DNA of 63,998 bases, the filler included, from Octopus bimaculoides (lineage: Eukaryota), in the NCBI RefSeq assembly GCF_001194135.2. It is 6 parts of 4 records of this genome, joined end to end, with 100 filler letters (N's around TTAATTAATTAA, not from the genome) between each part and the next. Parts side by side here need not be neighbours in the genome. Positions count along the whole stretch, not along the records: positions 21,746 to 32,547 come from NC_068989.1; positions 32,648 to 44,481 come from NC_068987.1; 4 more parts are not named here. One strand, written 5' to 3'. Below, piece by piece: positions 27,500 to 38,503 of the stretch. Position numbers and translations under genes: made by a program. The notes under the pieces were generated by a model. It did no database searches and was not told where the DNA came from. It saw only the letters and a list, made by a program, of their open reading frames with translations. Within the stretch, counting starts at the first letter, position 1, and every line of letters starts with the position of its first letter.

Positions 27500-28150
27500 T
27501 GGCGTGTTGCATTGGCCTGATATGGTTTTGCTAGCTGAGTATGCACTGAAGACAATTACTGTCTCTGGCCCATCACCCGACTCAAACAGTCAAGCAAAGT
27601 GTTGCTGGGAATCCACATATCTGCTTGGAACCATGTAGCACAGATCCATTGAGTCTGTCAAAGACTAGATTGTAATTTTGTTGCCACGTTGTGTTTCTGT
27701 TACTTGGGCCATGGGACAACTTCTACTATCTCGTGTTTTAGTGTACAATGTCTAACTCTGACAAGGGCAGCATCTGTATTTCATGTCCAAAAAATAGTTG
27801 AGCATCAGTCTTGCCAACACGCACATTGGTCACGATGCCTTTTTAGTGAGGAAGATTGCTATATGAATATAAGATCCTGAGGTCACCACTTTAGTAGGTT
27901 TTTGCCCCTCTAATTCAATGTAAGATGTCACCAGTATGGAAGTTTGTTGATACCACCACCTAAATGTTGTCCGTTGGTTATTAGTTCGACAAAAGTTCTC
28001 ATGTTGAGTTAACTCCATGGGTGTTGGTTGAAGAAGACTATGTCGGTGACGGTAGTTGTTGATAGCAGTATGTGGCAGACAGATGTTGCCAACTGTGTTC
28101 GTGTGTTTGTTAGCTGTGTGGTGATATACAACAACAACTTGACCTTGTTC
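27500..28150 (-). mobile_element. Degenerate LINE ORF1-like fragment
   Basis: Decayed reading similar in style to ORF1 at 30400-31000 and 34864-35349. Confidence 0.35.
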
Positions 28151-28599
28151 AGTAGTAAAGCTTTCTTTACTGAAGTGTGGGTTAAGTACAATGTTAATGT
28201 TTTATTGAGATGTCTTTAGTGTGGTAGCAGTGAATGAATGAATGCATGAAGATATTAGTTGTGCTTTGTATATGCAAAAAGAGACTTGATAGAAGTGTTT
28301 CTAGTTAGCATGAAGAGATGATGGCATCGAGTTTGGTCTATACTGCTAGTGCACATGGTAGAAGAATGTTCTTGTGAGAAAGGCTAGTGTTAATGTGATA
28401 GAGCAAAACTGCATGCCAGGAGTCCTTTAGAGAAGCAAGACAAGTAACTCAATTAAACATGGTGGCAGGCACATTATATAATTGAGAATCGGGCCAATCA
28501 CAGACCAAATAGAGCTGTAAACTTACAGTGTCATCTGAGCCTACCTGAGATTAAAAATGTGTGTTTTAACCAAAGCTAGTATAGGTATGCTACACCTTT

Positions 28600-31500
28600 G
28601 CTAACCACCTCATCTTGTATAGACTGTTAAATAGTTCTTCCTCTAGTTTATTTTTGTTTCTGTCACTAGCTCTTTGCTAAACTCTAATCAATTCTGATAT
28701 AATCACTCTCTTCAGGGCGTCCCATCACTGGTTTTTGATGATTGTCTTGTCAACGGCTGCTTAGATTTTTCACTGATCCAGTCCCTGTCATCTTTGTGTG
28801 TTGATAAAGGCTCGTTCAACTTCTAGTGACTAGGACCCTAACAATGAGCCCTATCTAAGTTGACTATGCAAATCAGAAATTTGTGATCTGAGTACTTGAT
28901 CAGTTTGAAATGAGATCATCTAACTCTTTTCGTATCAAATGGTTTAACAAAACTCTATCTTGATACGATCTGAATAATCTGCTCTGATTTTCTACACCTG
29001 CACTACCAAAACATCTGGTTGGTACCTGAGCAGGTTGTTGAAGTTTTTGTACCCCCCTTCTCCAATGCAATAGTCCCACAGAATCCTGAGACAAGTTTAA
29101 AATGTAGTTCCAGTCCCCCACTATTACTAGAAATTGGGCGTCTCCAGAAAAGCTTCTAGACATCTGAATAAGGCAGTCCTGCTTCTATAGGGACATAGAT
29201 GCCACTAGCCTGAAGGCACCACTTTAGTTGCCGTTTGCATCCAAGATCAACAAATTACCACTCAGTTCTAAGAAGAATTCCTGTATGTCAATATTCCAGA
29301 GTTTTTGGAACAGCACAGCTAGTCCATCTTCGTATCCTAACAGATCACGAGATTAGAACACCTCCTATTCACTGTAAATGGTTATGAAAGTGTGTGCTCC
29401 AAAGAATTTAGTCTCAGTATCTACTTCTAGTTACCTGAAGTTGTTGAGGTAACTTTGCATATAATTTGATCCCAGGTTCCATACAATTACACAATCTATT
29501 CTAAGAGTAACCTGTCAGGAAAGACAAGTAACAAGGTCACATACTTTGATCTTTGAGAAGAGCTGGTGATCCAGTTCTTTAGTTCGTATGGGACTAAGGT
29601 TCATTTATCTGTCTCTTTTTTTCTCTCAAAAGCCCAATGTGTGTGAGATATTGTTTAAAGATTGATAACTGTATTTTCGTCAGCCTGGATTAATAGTCTG
29701 TCTTTGAGAGATTTTGACAAGAGTTCATTGGAATCCACTTTTTTGAGGAGGTGGGTATGTTTTTGTTTTCTATGAACTCCTACATCAAGCCATTGCTGCT
29801 TTTTTCAAACAACTGAAATTAATGAGGAGGCTTGTGCGTGTGGCTGTCAGTTTAGTCGCTGTTACTACTGATGCTGCTGCTGTTGTTGTTGTTGTTGTTG
29901 CTGCTGTTGTTTTTGTTGTTATTGTTTTGATGTGGGTCTGATGTTGGCAGTTTGTAAAAAGACAGGTTTTCTGCTCCTCTTTGTCTCCCTTGGCTTTTAA
30001 ATTAATCTTTTTTTATTTTAGTTGTTTTTCCTTTTCACCCCAACATGTATTTTGTGAAGATTTCGTCCTGTCCTCATCACATGATGAAACTTCTGAATCT
30101 GCCAAGTTTGTGTCATGAGTAAGAAGTCGACATGTAAGTATGTGTAATTATTTCTCTATTTTGATGATCTTCTGAAAGAGCAACAGCCACTGCTACTTGT
30201 TGAGATACAATTGCTAATTCCTGGGCTATGTTGCTGGTTACCACTGCTGCTTTTGTTGTAGTTGTGCCTGCTGTCTGTCACCTCTCCTGTTGTTGAGATT
30301 TTTGTTGCTGCAGCTGACATTTCTGTTGCTGCTCTTGGTATTGAAATTATTGCTTCTTTTAGTGTAGTTATTTGTGTTGTGGTGTAGGAAGCAGTGTGAG
30401 CCTTTCTCCTACTCCCATTTTTTTGTTGTGATTGGAAGGCCTTTGTGTGGTTGTTAACCTAAATTGTGTGGTATCTAGGTGTTCTTCCTTCTAATGTGGC
30501 TTTTGTTTGACAGTTCAGCAATACTGTTCAGGATTTGTGGTTGTACTTGAATCAACATCATCAACTCAGTTCTGAGGCAATTTATTTGCAATATTCTTTA
30601 AAATATCAAATAGGGTCTCAAGAACTTCTATCACAACACATCTCACCACCCACTGAATGTCACCATCCACAGGTGTTACGCCTAATATTTTAACTTTTAC
30701 CACATGCCAGCAAAAGTGTGGTGGGGAAAGGGGAATAGATCTTCGTAATTTGCATGAGACAATAGAGTTTCTGAGTCAGCACTTCTGCAAGGTTTCTGTG
30801 AGGCCTGAAATATGAAATTTACATTGCTCCATATTTCTCTAAAACATTTTTCTACTTAGATGTGAGTTACATTAAAAACCTGTCGGATTTTTTATTTGGC
30901 ATTTAACACACACTGGTATATAATAATTTCTTCTGGAAATTCTTTCATTCAGTTGTGAAGGAACTGTCAGTTTAACTCCCTTGTTCTATCAGTTGATGAG
31001 TTTTTCTGCATCGTTTGAATTTCAGTGCTTCTTTTAATTGTTCATGGAACTGTCCCCATTTTTATGGCTGTTTTGGTGGAAGCATTTGTGTTGTTGTTGT
31101 TGGTGGTGTTGAAGTTTTCAGAAACCACTGTTAATATGGTTGTGGTGATATCTGAAGTGATGGAAAAAGCGGCAAAAGTGGAGACTGTGAAAGAAGTGTT
31201 AGTGTTGTTGATGCAGCTTGCCAATCTTAGAAAATCCTTGCTATTGCTACTGTTGTTGCTGTTGATTGTTGCTGTATGTTATTCTCTGTTATATTGTTGT
31301 TGGTGGTGGTGCTTTTATTTTTGTTTTTGGCACTGTAGCTGTTGCTATTTTTACAGATATTGTTTCCAGGAAGTTTTTTTTTTTTTGTGTGTGTGTGTGT
31401 GTGCTTTTGAAAAACATGACAATGACATTGCTGTCAATTTCAAGTGTAGCCTCTTGAATGTCAGCCGAATTTTCAGAAAGGAATCTTTCTCTCACTTTCT

Positions 31501-31824
31501 CTGTTACACTTTTTTCCACTCTCACACTCTTGTGCTTCTTTTTGCTTCGAACATTATTATAGCATACTTGATCTACATCTTGTTTTCATCAAAGAAAATA
31601 GAAACTATGTTGTTTTGAAAAATTTTTGAATGTTTGAGCCCCACTCCCAATGGGGTGTTTTTATATAAAAATAACTACACCCAGATATAGTAGGCGAGTT
31701 CTTTATCACAATGATTAAAACAAAAATTAACAAGCAAACAACAAGTACCCAAAAGCATGGGATGGTGAGAATTTAAAAAAAAAATTACAGAGTAAAAAGA
31801 TCAGTGTGGTTTCTCATTCAGCAC

Positions 31825-31825
<1 letters not shown>
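28600..31825 (-). mobile_element. Degenerate Tx1/L1-clade LINE, 5' part (5'UTR, ORF1, APE endonuclease)
   Basis: Minus strand: ORF1 with a decayed knuckle (LEGRTPRYHT..NH); ORF2 LRIDCVIVWNLGSN..LVIVGDWNYIL..SDHKF..WWDAL-like motifs; many stops; RT domain absent. Confidence 0.7.
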
Positions 31826-31864
<39 letters not shown>

Positions 31865-31880
31865 TAATAGTAATAATAAA

Positions 31881-32245
31881 GATTTCTTTTATTGGCCACA
31901 GGGGCCCGAGATATGGAGGACGAGTTACAGCACACACACAAAAAAATCACAAAACAAAAACTACAAAATCATGTGGGGTTAATATCGATTGAGGGGAGAT
32001 ACTACCATGTTAAAGGATATAACAGAGGATATATAATAGAAAGTAGAGAAATAAATAATAAATAAATAAATCGAATACCCAATAGTGGGGCAGTCCACTT
32101 AGGGTGATCCGGGATAAACCCCACACAAAAATCCTGGGTTACACTGCCATCTCCAAGGCATGAGTTTCTTTTCCCAGGTTCTTTTCTTCTGCTTAGAAAA
32201 GCATATTCAGAGTAGAATTTTTCGATGGCAACACCATGAAGCATT
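31881..32245 (-). mobile_element. Tx1-like LINE 3'UTR/3' end
   Basis: Ends GGCCCCTGTGGCCAATAAAAGAAA then a (TTA)n tract; shares this terminal motif with 32715-32757 and 34210-34240. Confidence 0.6.
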
Positions 32246-32699
32246 GGAAGCAGAAACAGCTGTTAGATGGGGTAACGTCTATTTGTATTAAAAGTAATAA
32301 TTGATGTTAGTCCATTGTTGATCAATATTTCTCAGACAAGCAAACACGACTGAAGACAATACCTCCGCTAAGGTGGGGGTAATAATCCTTTCTTCAAAAG
32401 GAACAAGGTCTGAAATTTTGGGGAAGAGGTAGTTAAATAGATTGATTTCAGAACTTGACTAATATTTATTTTATTGACCCTGAAAGGATGAAGAGCAAAA
32501 TCAACCTCAGTGAAATTTGAAGGTAAAGCCAGATGAATTACTGCAAANNNNNNNNNNNNNNNNNNNNNNNNNNNNNNNNNNNNNNNNNNNNTTAATTAAT
32601 TAANNNNNNNNNNNNNNNNNNNNNNNNNNNNNNNNNNNNNNNNNNNNGATCCTTTTTGATCGGAATTTTATTTTTTTCCTTTTTTTTTCCGAAAAGAAA

Positions 32700-32760
32700 A
32701 GCTCTACATTGTATTTTGTCCCCTTTGTGTTCGGCCCTGTGTGGCTAATAAAGAAACTTA
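32700..32760 (+). mobile_element. Tx1-like 3' terminal fragment followed by (CTAT)/(CTGT) microsatellite
   Basis: TTGTCCCCTTTGTGTTCGGCCCTGTGTGGCTAATAAAGAAA. Confidence 0.55.
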
Positions 32761-32817
32761 TCTATCTATCTATCTGTCTGTCTGCCTTTCTGTCTGTCTG
32801 TCTGACTGTCTGTCTGA

Positions 32818-32880
<63 letters not shown>

Positions 32881-33646
32881 ACAAAGTACACACCTTCTCT
32901 TCAGGGATGGCAAGTATGGATAGCAAATGCTCTCTCTCAATGGACGTGAGGAAGTGTTATATCTGGTTTGTAGGTGTTGTGGAAAAGATAAAAAGAAATC
33001 ACGGGGACAATTAAGCAAAGGATTTACCGCGAGTTATGACTATTACAACCCTACTCCAAAAAGAAAGATACACTAGACAGGGAAGGAATGTGTTTACATT
33101 TTCATTTAACCTGCAATAAGGCTTTATAATGCTAAAATATATTTCAGTTTTTCTGATTTACATTAGGTTGAGCATAAAATAGATATTGTCTAAATATTGA
33201 CGAACCGTCAAAAGCATAAATTTACAAATTAGGCTAACCACTAATGCACTATTTAATTTGTGACTGCTTTATATTATATCCGAATGTAAAATGCTGTTGA
33301 TCGGTGGAAGAAATATGGTACATCTTCTCTGAGGAACGGTCAGCAAACTGTGAAACAGTCTGTTAGGAAATTCTCTCCCTCTTTTTACCACATCTCAATA
33401 ACCAACAAAAAAAATATATTTACATTAACGTTTAACCCACAGTGAAGATTTGTAACATTTAAATATTCAATTTTTTCTGATTTACGCTGAGTTGTACATG
33501 TATGCTGATATATTGAGTTGGGGATTACAAAAGATTTGGTTTTTACGCTAGTGGCATCGGTATGAAACAAAGATGACAAAAGTAAGACAAAAGATGACTT
33601 CGGAGAAGGGTGAAAAGTGTCTGTATTATACATGTCCTCGGTGTAG

Positions 33647-33800
33647 CGGGGATTCGAACCCTAACCGCCTGATATTCGATTGGAGCACCACGTGTGAGCC
33701 ACCATAGTTTCACGTCATTGACCTATAAATCGGCCATCCAGTGTGAAACATTGACGTGAGGTGATTTTCTCGAATGTTTTTAAATCGTCCCCTATAAAAA
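33647..33800 (+). promoter_or_regulatory. CpG-rich promoter-like island with two UPRE-type TGACGTGA motifs, ATTGG/CCACG and TATA boxes
   Basis: ATTGG 33679-33683, CCACGTG 33688-33694, TCACGTCA 33710-33717, TGACGTGA 33752-33759, TATAAA 33724, TATAAAA 33793. Function is inferred, not shown. Confidence 0.45.
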
Positions 33801-33963
33801 CCGTTTGGGCGATTTGGCTTATCGTAGAGAGTTGAAGGCGACTGACTGATTTTTGTGTCTCCGCTCTTGCCATGCAGACTGTTCCGAATATTTGTGCAGT
33901 CACCACCAGGTTCTCGAACAGACTTATTCTGAACATTCACACAATGTCTCATAAGTAGCCTCA

Positions 33964-34021
33964 ATGCATGCAGTGCGGTTTTTCTCTCTATTCCTTTTGG
34001 TAATTATTAATATTGTTCATT
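33964..34021 (+). CDS. Candidate signal-peptide exon (possible DNAJC3 exon 1)
   Basis: ATG CAT GCA... gives MHAVRFFSLFLLVIINIVH followed by a phase-1 GTAAAT donor at 34022; the hydrophobic core resembles a signal peptide. On a different assembly segment from the confirmed exons. Confidence 0.3.
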
Positions 34022-34205
34022 GTAAATAGCCAACACCAAAATATCATTATGTCCGGGAATAAATATCAAGTTAAATGATTCATGAGTTTACTTCACTCAT
34101 TATTCTCGCAGTCAACAACGACATTCACATGTACATTACACTATATTAATAAAGCCGTACACTTCGGCGATGGCGATGGCGATGCATACTTCCGAAGTAT
34201 ATCTT

Positions 34206-35880
34206 CACTGTTTTTCTTTATTTGGCACACAGGCCATGACACAGGAGGGGACGGTACAAGGACAGACAGAACACTACAGTGGGGACAAAGAAACATAAAA
34301 CGAATGAATGTGGGATGGATAATAATTAGATGAGGATGTAATGGCTGCTTGAATCTCACTCTCAAGCATTCCTATTTAACTGTTTTAATAAAAAGTTTCA
34401 TATCATTTTTTCTTTTTTTCCTTTTTAGTATCGTATGTGTAGTCTTTTTAAAAAACATTTAAAAGCTTACTCACGCTTTACCAGTTTATATATGGCAACA
34501 AATCCCTGTAATCTACAACAGGCGGTAGCTCGTCAAACTCTACCCACACTCTCATTGGGTCTATTTTGTCTCCAAACCATTTCTTTAATTTTTCGTATCT
34601 CTCTTAGTCTATTAATATGCCTTTTGTATTTTCTGGGTAATGTTTCGCTGGTAGTTTAATCTCATCACCGATTTAAATTTGGTGATTTTCCCTTCTATAG
34701 CTGTGCTTTTTGTATATGTTACCATATGCAATTTGTTTTTTCCAGATCTTTTGGCTGTTCGTTTCTGCAGTGAACTTGGGTTGTCTGTGATGGCTTCCTT
34801 TTTTTATCCTTCGTTGATGATACTGGTGGAGGTTCATGCAGTAAAAAATGTGTAAAGTCTGTTTCACTTAGTCACCCCCGTAAATGATTCTTCCGTTTCT
34901 TCCGTGCATTTCTCATTTGTTGAGTCCACCCTTTCGGCACTCTGCTCCTGTTGGCTTTCCTCGTTTTTACTTTCTCTCTGGGGGTACTTTATTCTAATGT
35001 GTCCCTTTTCCCCGCATTGATAGCAAGTTGGTGGTCTTCCTTCTACCACCACTCTCAACCTTATGTCCTCCGGTAGAATCACCTCTTCTGCAATTTCGTT
35101 TAGATTTTGTTGTCCGACCTGGGTGACCATTTCTGTGCCGTATTCCCAGCAATTTACCTTCTTTGTCCTAGTCACCTTTAGAATTTTGGCGTCCTCCTCG
35201 GTTTTGTGCATTACGGTGGTACCCTGCCTATTCTCACTCTGGCACCCCCACCCCCGCCTTCCGCAGTGGGTAGGCAGGAGTACCCATTCTTCTGTCTTCA
35301 GCGTCACAGTGGAGTGATTTATTGCCTCCTGTTCGTTGGCAAATCTCACCTCTACTGTACCTTATTTTCTGTCTCTTGTGTAGGATGTTGTCAGGCTCTT
35401 TATTTCCTTCAGACATTCTTCAATTGTTTCTTTTGTAGCATTCTCTATTTTCTCGGTGGTTGTAGATAGAGTTCTATAAACCAGTTCTTTTCTTTGTACT
35501 GGTTGTCACTTCTGGAGGGATCAGATTTAATCTGGATCCCTCCTGTTGTATTCCTTCAGCTTCTTCTGTTCAATTTCAATTTCTCGCACTTCTAGTGAAT
35601 CTGTGGTTGCACCTTTCCCAGCCGCTGAAACATAACTCCCGGCGTGTGCTGGAACTGGTTCACAATCCATTTCTTTTTCTTTTTTCAGTCACTTCGCCCC
35701 CAAATGAGGAAAAAGACAAACACAAAATTTTAACAGGCCTGTAAGCAAAACAGCAACGGTATTTAACAAATTCAACAAAACATGGTTCACCCGCGCGTGG
35801 AAACCTTTAACAAAGCATAATACGACTTACGTCAACCGGAAAGTATATTTTCACTGACCAGCTTAACTCAAGCGACAATG
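34206..35880 (-). mobile_element. ORF1-only non-LTR retroposon (HAL1-like), gag zinc-knuckle ORF decayed
   Basis: ATG at 35670 (MDCEPVPAHAGSYVSAAGKG..); RVVVEGRPPTCYQCGEKGHIRIK knuckle in ORF 34864-35349; Tx1-type 3' terminus at about 34210; no room for ORF2. Confidence 0.7.
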
Positions 35881-36185
35881 TGTGTATACATTTTTGGGTC
35901 ATCGTATGTGTTGGACACCCTTCGACTATCTAGAAAGTTTTTGTTTTTTTTTTCAACCTAATATTTACAGGCTATTATAGCTTATAAATGTGTCAAAATC
36001 ATCATTCCGTAAAAAAAAATTGATTATTTTACATTCTCTCGAAGTTTATAAAGTTTCTTAAGATGTCTACAACATACGATTTTCACTGGTAAGAAAAAAT
36101 CTTCTAAAATGACAGGTGGTCGAACACCTGTCATGTTTCCAAAAAAAGAATTATTTCACATTCACTCGGAAGTTTGTAAAAAAAA

Positions 36186-36254
<69 letters not shown>

Positions 36255-36297
36255 CGTGTGTATATTTATGCACGTATATGTTTATGTATATTGTATA

Positions 36298-37358
36298 CTA
36301 GCTTAAAAGCTGCACTCCGTGCGGACTTCTAGACTAGCTCCTGCGGAGGGATAATTGAGCCTGGAGCCCCAAACGAAGGCGAGCTAGATAGCATGATTAT
36401 AATACGTCTATAATGACTATATGCCCCGGTGGTGTTTGATCAGAAGTTATGAACGGATGTTAATTAATTTCGTAATGTAATCTTTGTATTGTTCCAGTCC
36501 CAAGTTGAATTCCAACTGTTGGCCAATTTGTCCCAAAGTGCTTATCTCGACGCAAAATTAACGAAGCATTTATCTCCCCCTTGATATATGACGTCATCTG
36601 ACAAGCACCAACTAAGATGACATGAATCAGCTATACTTTACCTGCTAGAAATAGCAACCCAAATGTTTTAAATCAAATCCCAATGCTGGATGTTCAAGAA
36701 CCAAATGAAGGGTAGATTTTCAATCCTGGCATCATCCTGATTCCAAAAAGGTATATTATGTCTATGTAGAGCAAATGTAGACTGAAATACAGGGGTCCTG
36801 GACGGACAGACAGGATTTCGCTTTTATTATATACTAGCTTAAAAGCCGCATTCCGTGTGAACTTTTAAGTTAACTCCTGTGGATGAATAATTGGGCCTGC
36901 GGCACAAAACTAAAGGGAGCTAAATAACTTGACTATAATACGTCTATAATGGCTATGTGCCCCGGTGGTGTTTTATCAGAGGTTAAGGACGGATGAGAAT
37001 TAATTCTACAATGCAATTATTCAATTGCTCCAGTCCCAAGTTGAATTTTAACTGTTAGCCAGTTTGTTCCAAAGTCCTTATCTCGACGAAACGAATGTCA
37101 TTTATCTACCCCCTTGATCTCTGACATCTGACAAACGCCACCAAGATGGCGTGAATCAGCCAAGCTTTATCTGCTAGAAATAACAACCCAAACTCGTTTA
37201 AATCAGATCCCAATGCTGATTCAAAATGAAGAACCAAATGAAGAGCAGATTTTCAATCCCGGAATCATCCTGATTCCAAAAAAATATAATATGTCTATGT
37301 AGAGCAAATGTAGGCTGAGATACAGGGGTCCCGGACGACAGACAGTATTTTACTATTA

Positions 37359-37360
<2 letters not shown>
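36298..37360 (-). mobile_element. Two head-to-tail non-autonomous Helitrons (36298-36833 and 36834-about 37360)
   Basis: On the minus strand each has an AT-rich 5' end followed by TGTC repeats and a 3' hairpin (CCGCAC-GGA-GTGC) about 10 nt before CTAG (36298-36301, 36834-36837). Confidence 0.75.
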
Positions 37361-37398
<38 letters not shown>

Positions 37399-37399
<1 letters not shown>

Positions 37400-37810
37400 C
37401 ATACAACAGATTAGGCTGTTGGAAAAAAATCCTAACATCGGGTTACAACATGTAACCTTAAATGCCAAGAACCTTCCTAAGTATCCTAGCTGTCCCTAAT
37501 AATACTGTTTTCTGGAGCTATACTAAACTGGGTTTTATACCTATTTCCTCTATCCATCTGTTCAAATCTTTAGGGATGGTTCCCAATGCACCTGTAACTA
37601 CTGGGATACATTTTACCCGCACTTGCAATGACAGGTCGATCTTTACTTTATCCATGCAGTAACAATATACCTTTAGCGTCCATAGTATTCGAGGAACAAG
37701 TTATCAAATGGTTTAGATCTTAATAATTGTGGTTATCAACTCCGTATTATCCAGCGTGTATTTGGCTAGCATTGTATTATATAGGAATACTGACGCATCT
37801 TCCTATTTCA
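37399..37810 (-). mobile_element. R4/Dong-type (RLE) LINE 3' end
   Basis: RVKCIPVVTGALGTIPKDLNRWIEEIGIKPSLV*LQKTVLLGTARILRKVLGI* (stop 37458-37460), short 3'UTR, then (AAT)n. Confidence 0.8.
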
Positions 37811-38503
37811 CCATGCTTGGTTGGGTTCCTAATTTAATTCTTTCCAACAATTGATGTAATTAAGATGAATTCCTCTGAGGGATCAGTTTTCTTTGCAGAT
37901 TCTATTGTGTTTTCCTATAGATCACAAATGTCTGATGAAATGGCGGGCAATTTAACATAATATTGTGTGCAAATAAACTGCCGTGCTATTGAAGTATCTA
38001 AAGCAGGGATTGCATGGTTGAATATTTATCTTCATTTATTGTATTTCTTCACCGTGTGACATATGCAGCTAATTTTGCAAATTAGATTAAAGTTTCTGAG
38101 TACCTAACACCACTAATCGAGTTTAGTTTGTATCGATTGATGAAATGAGAATATTAAATCAGTTTTGTTACATTGTACACTGCTAGCCAAATACACGCTG
38201 GAGACTATGGCGTTGATAACCATGATCATTAAATTCCAAACCAACTGAGTATGCCATAAATGTGTTTTACTCATTTGTATATCTATGTTCTTTGGATACT
38301 GGAGATATGGTAGAACACTTTCTGTGATGATGATGGGGTGGAAATACGTATCCACGACAGTCCTCGTATCTCTAGACAATAACCCTGTCCTTTTCCGTAA
38401 TGACAGCTCAACGTCGGGAAATTCTTGATTCTCGAGATACATTGTCTAAAGGCGAAGATAATTTTAATAAATCAAGAATTTATGTTGCATGATATTAGAT
38501 ATT

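Noticed and set aside
33640-33705. tRNA gene
   Set aside because: B-box only; no acceptor/anticodon stems could be drawn.
38113-38442. 109-aa minus-strand ORF containing NKTD
   Set aside because: No other GTPase motifs and no recognisable homology.
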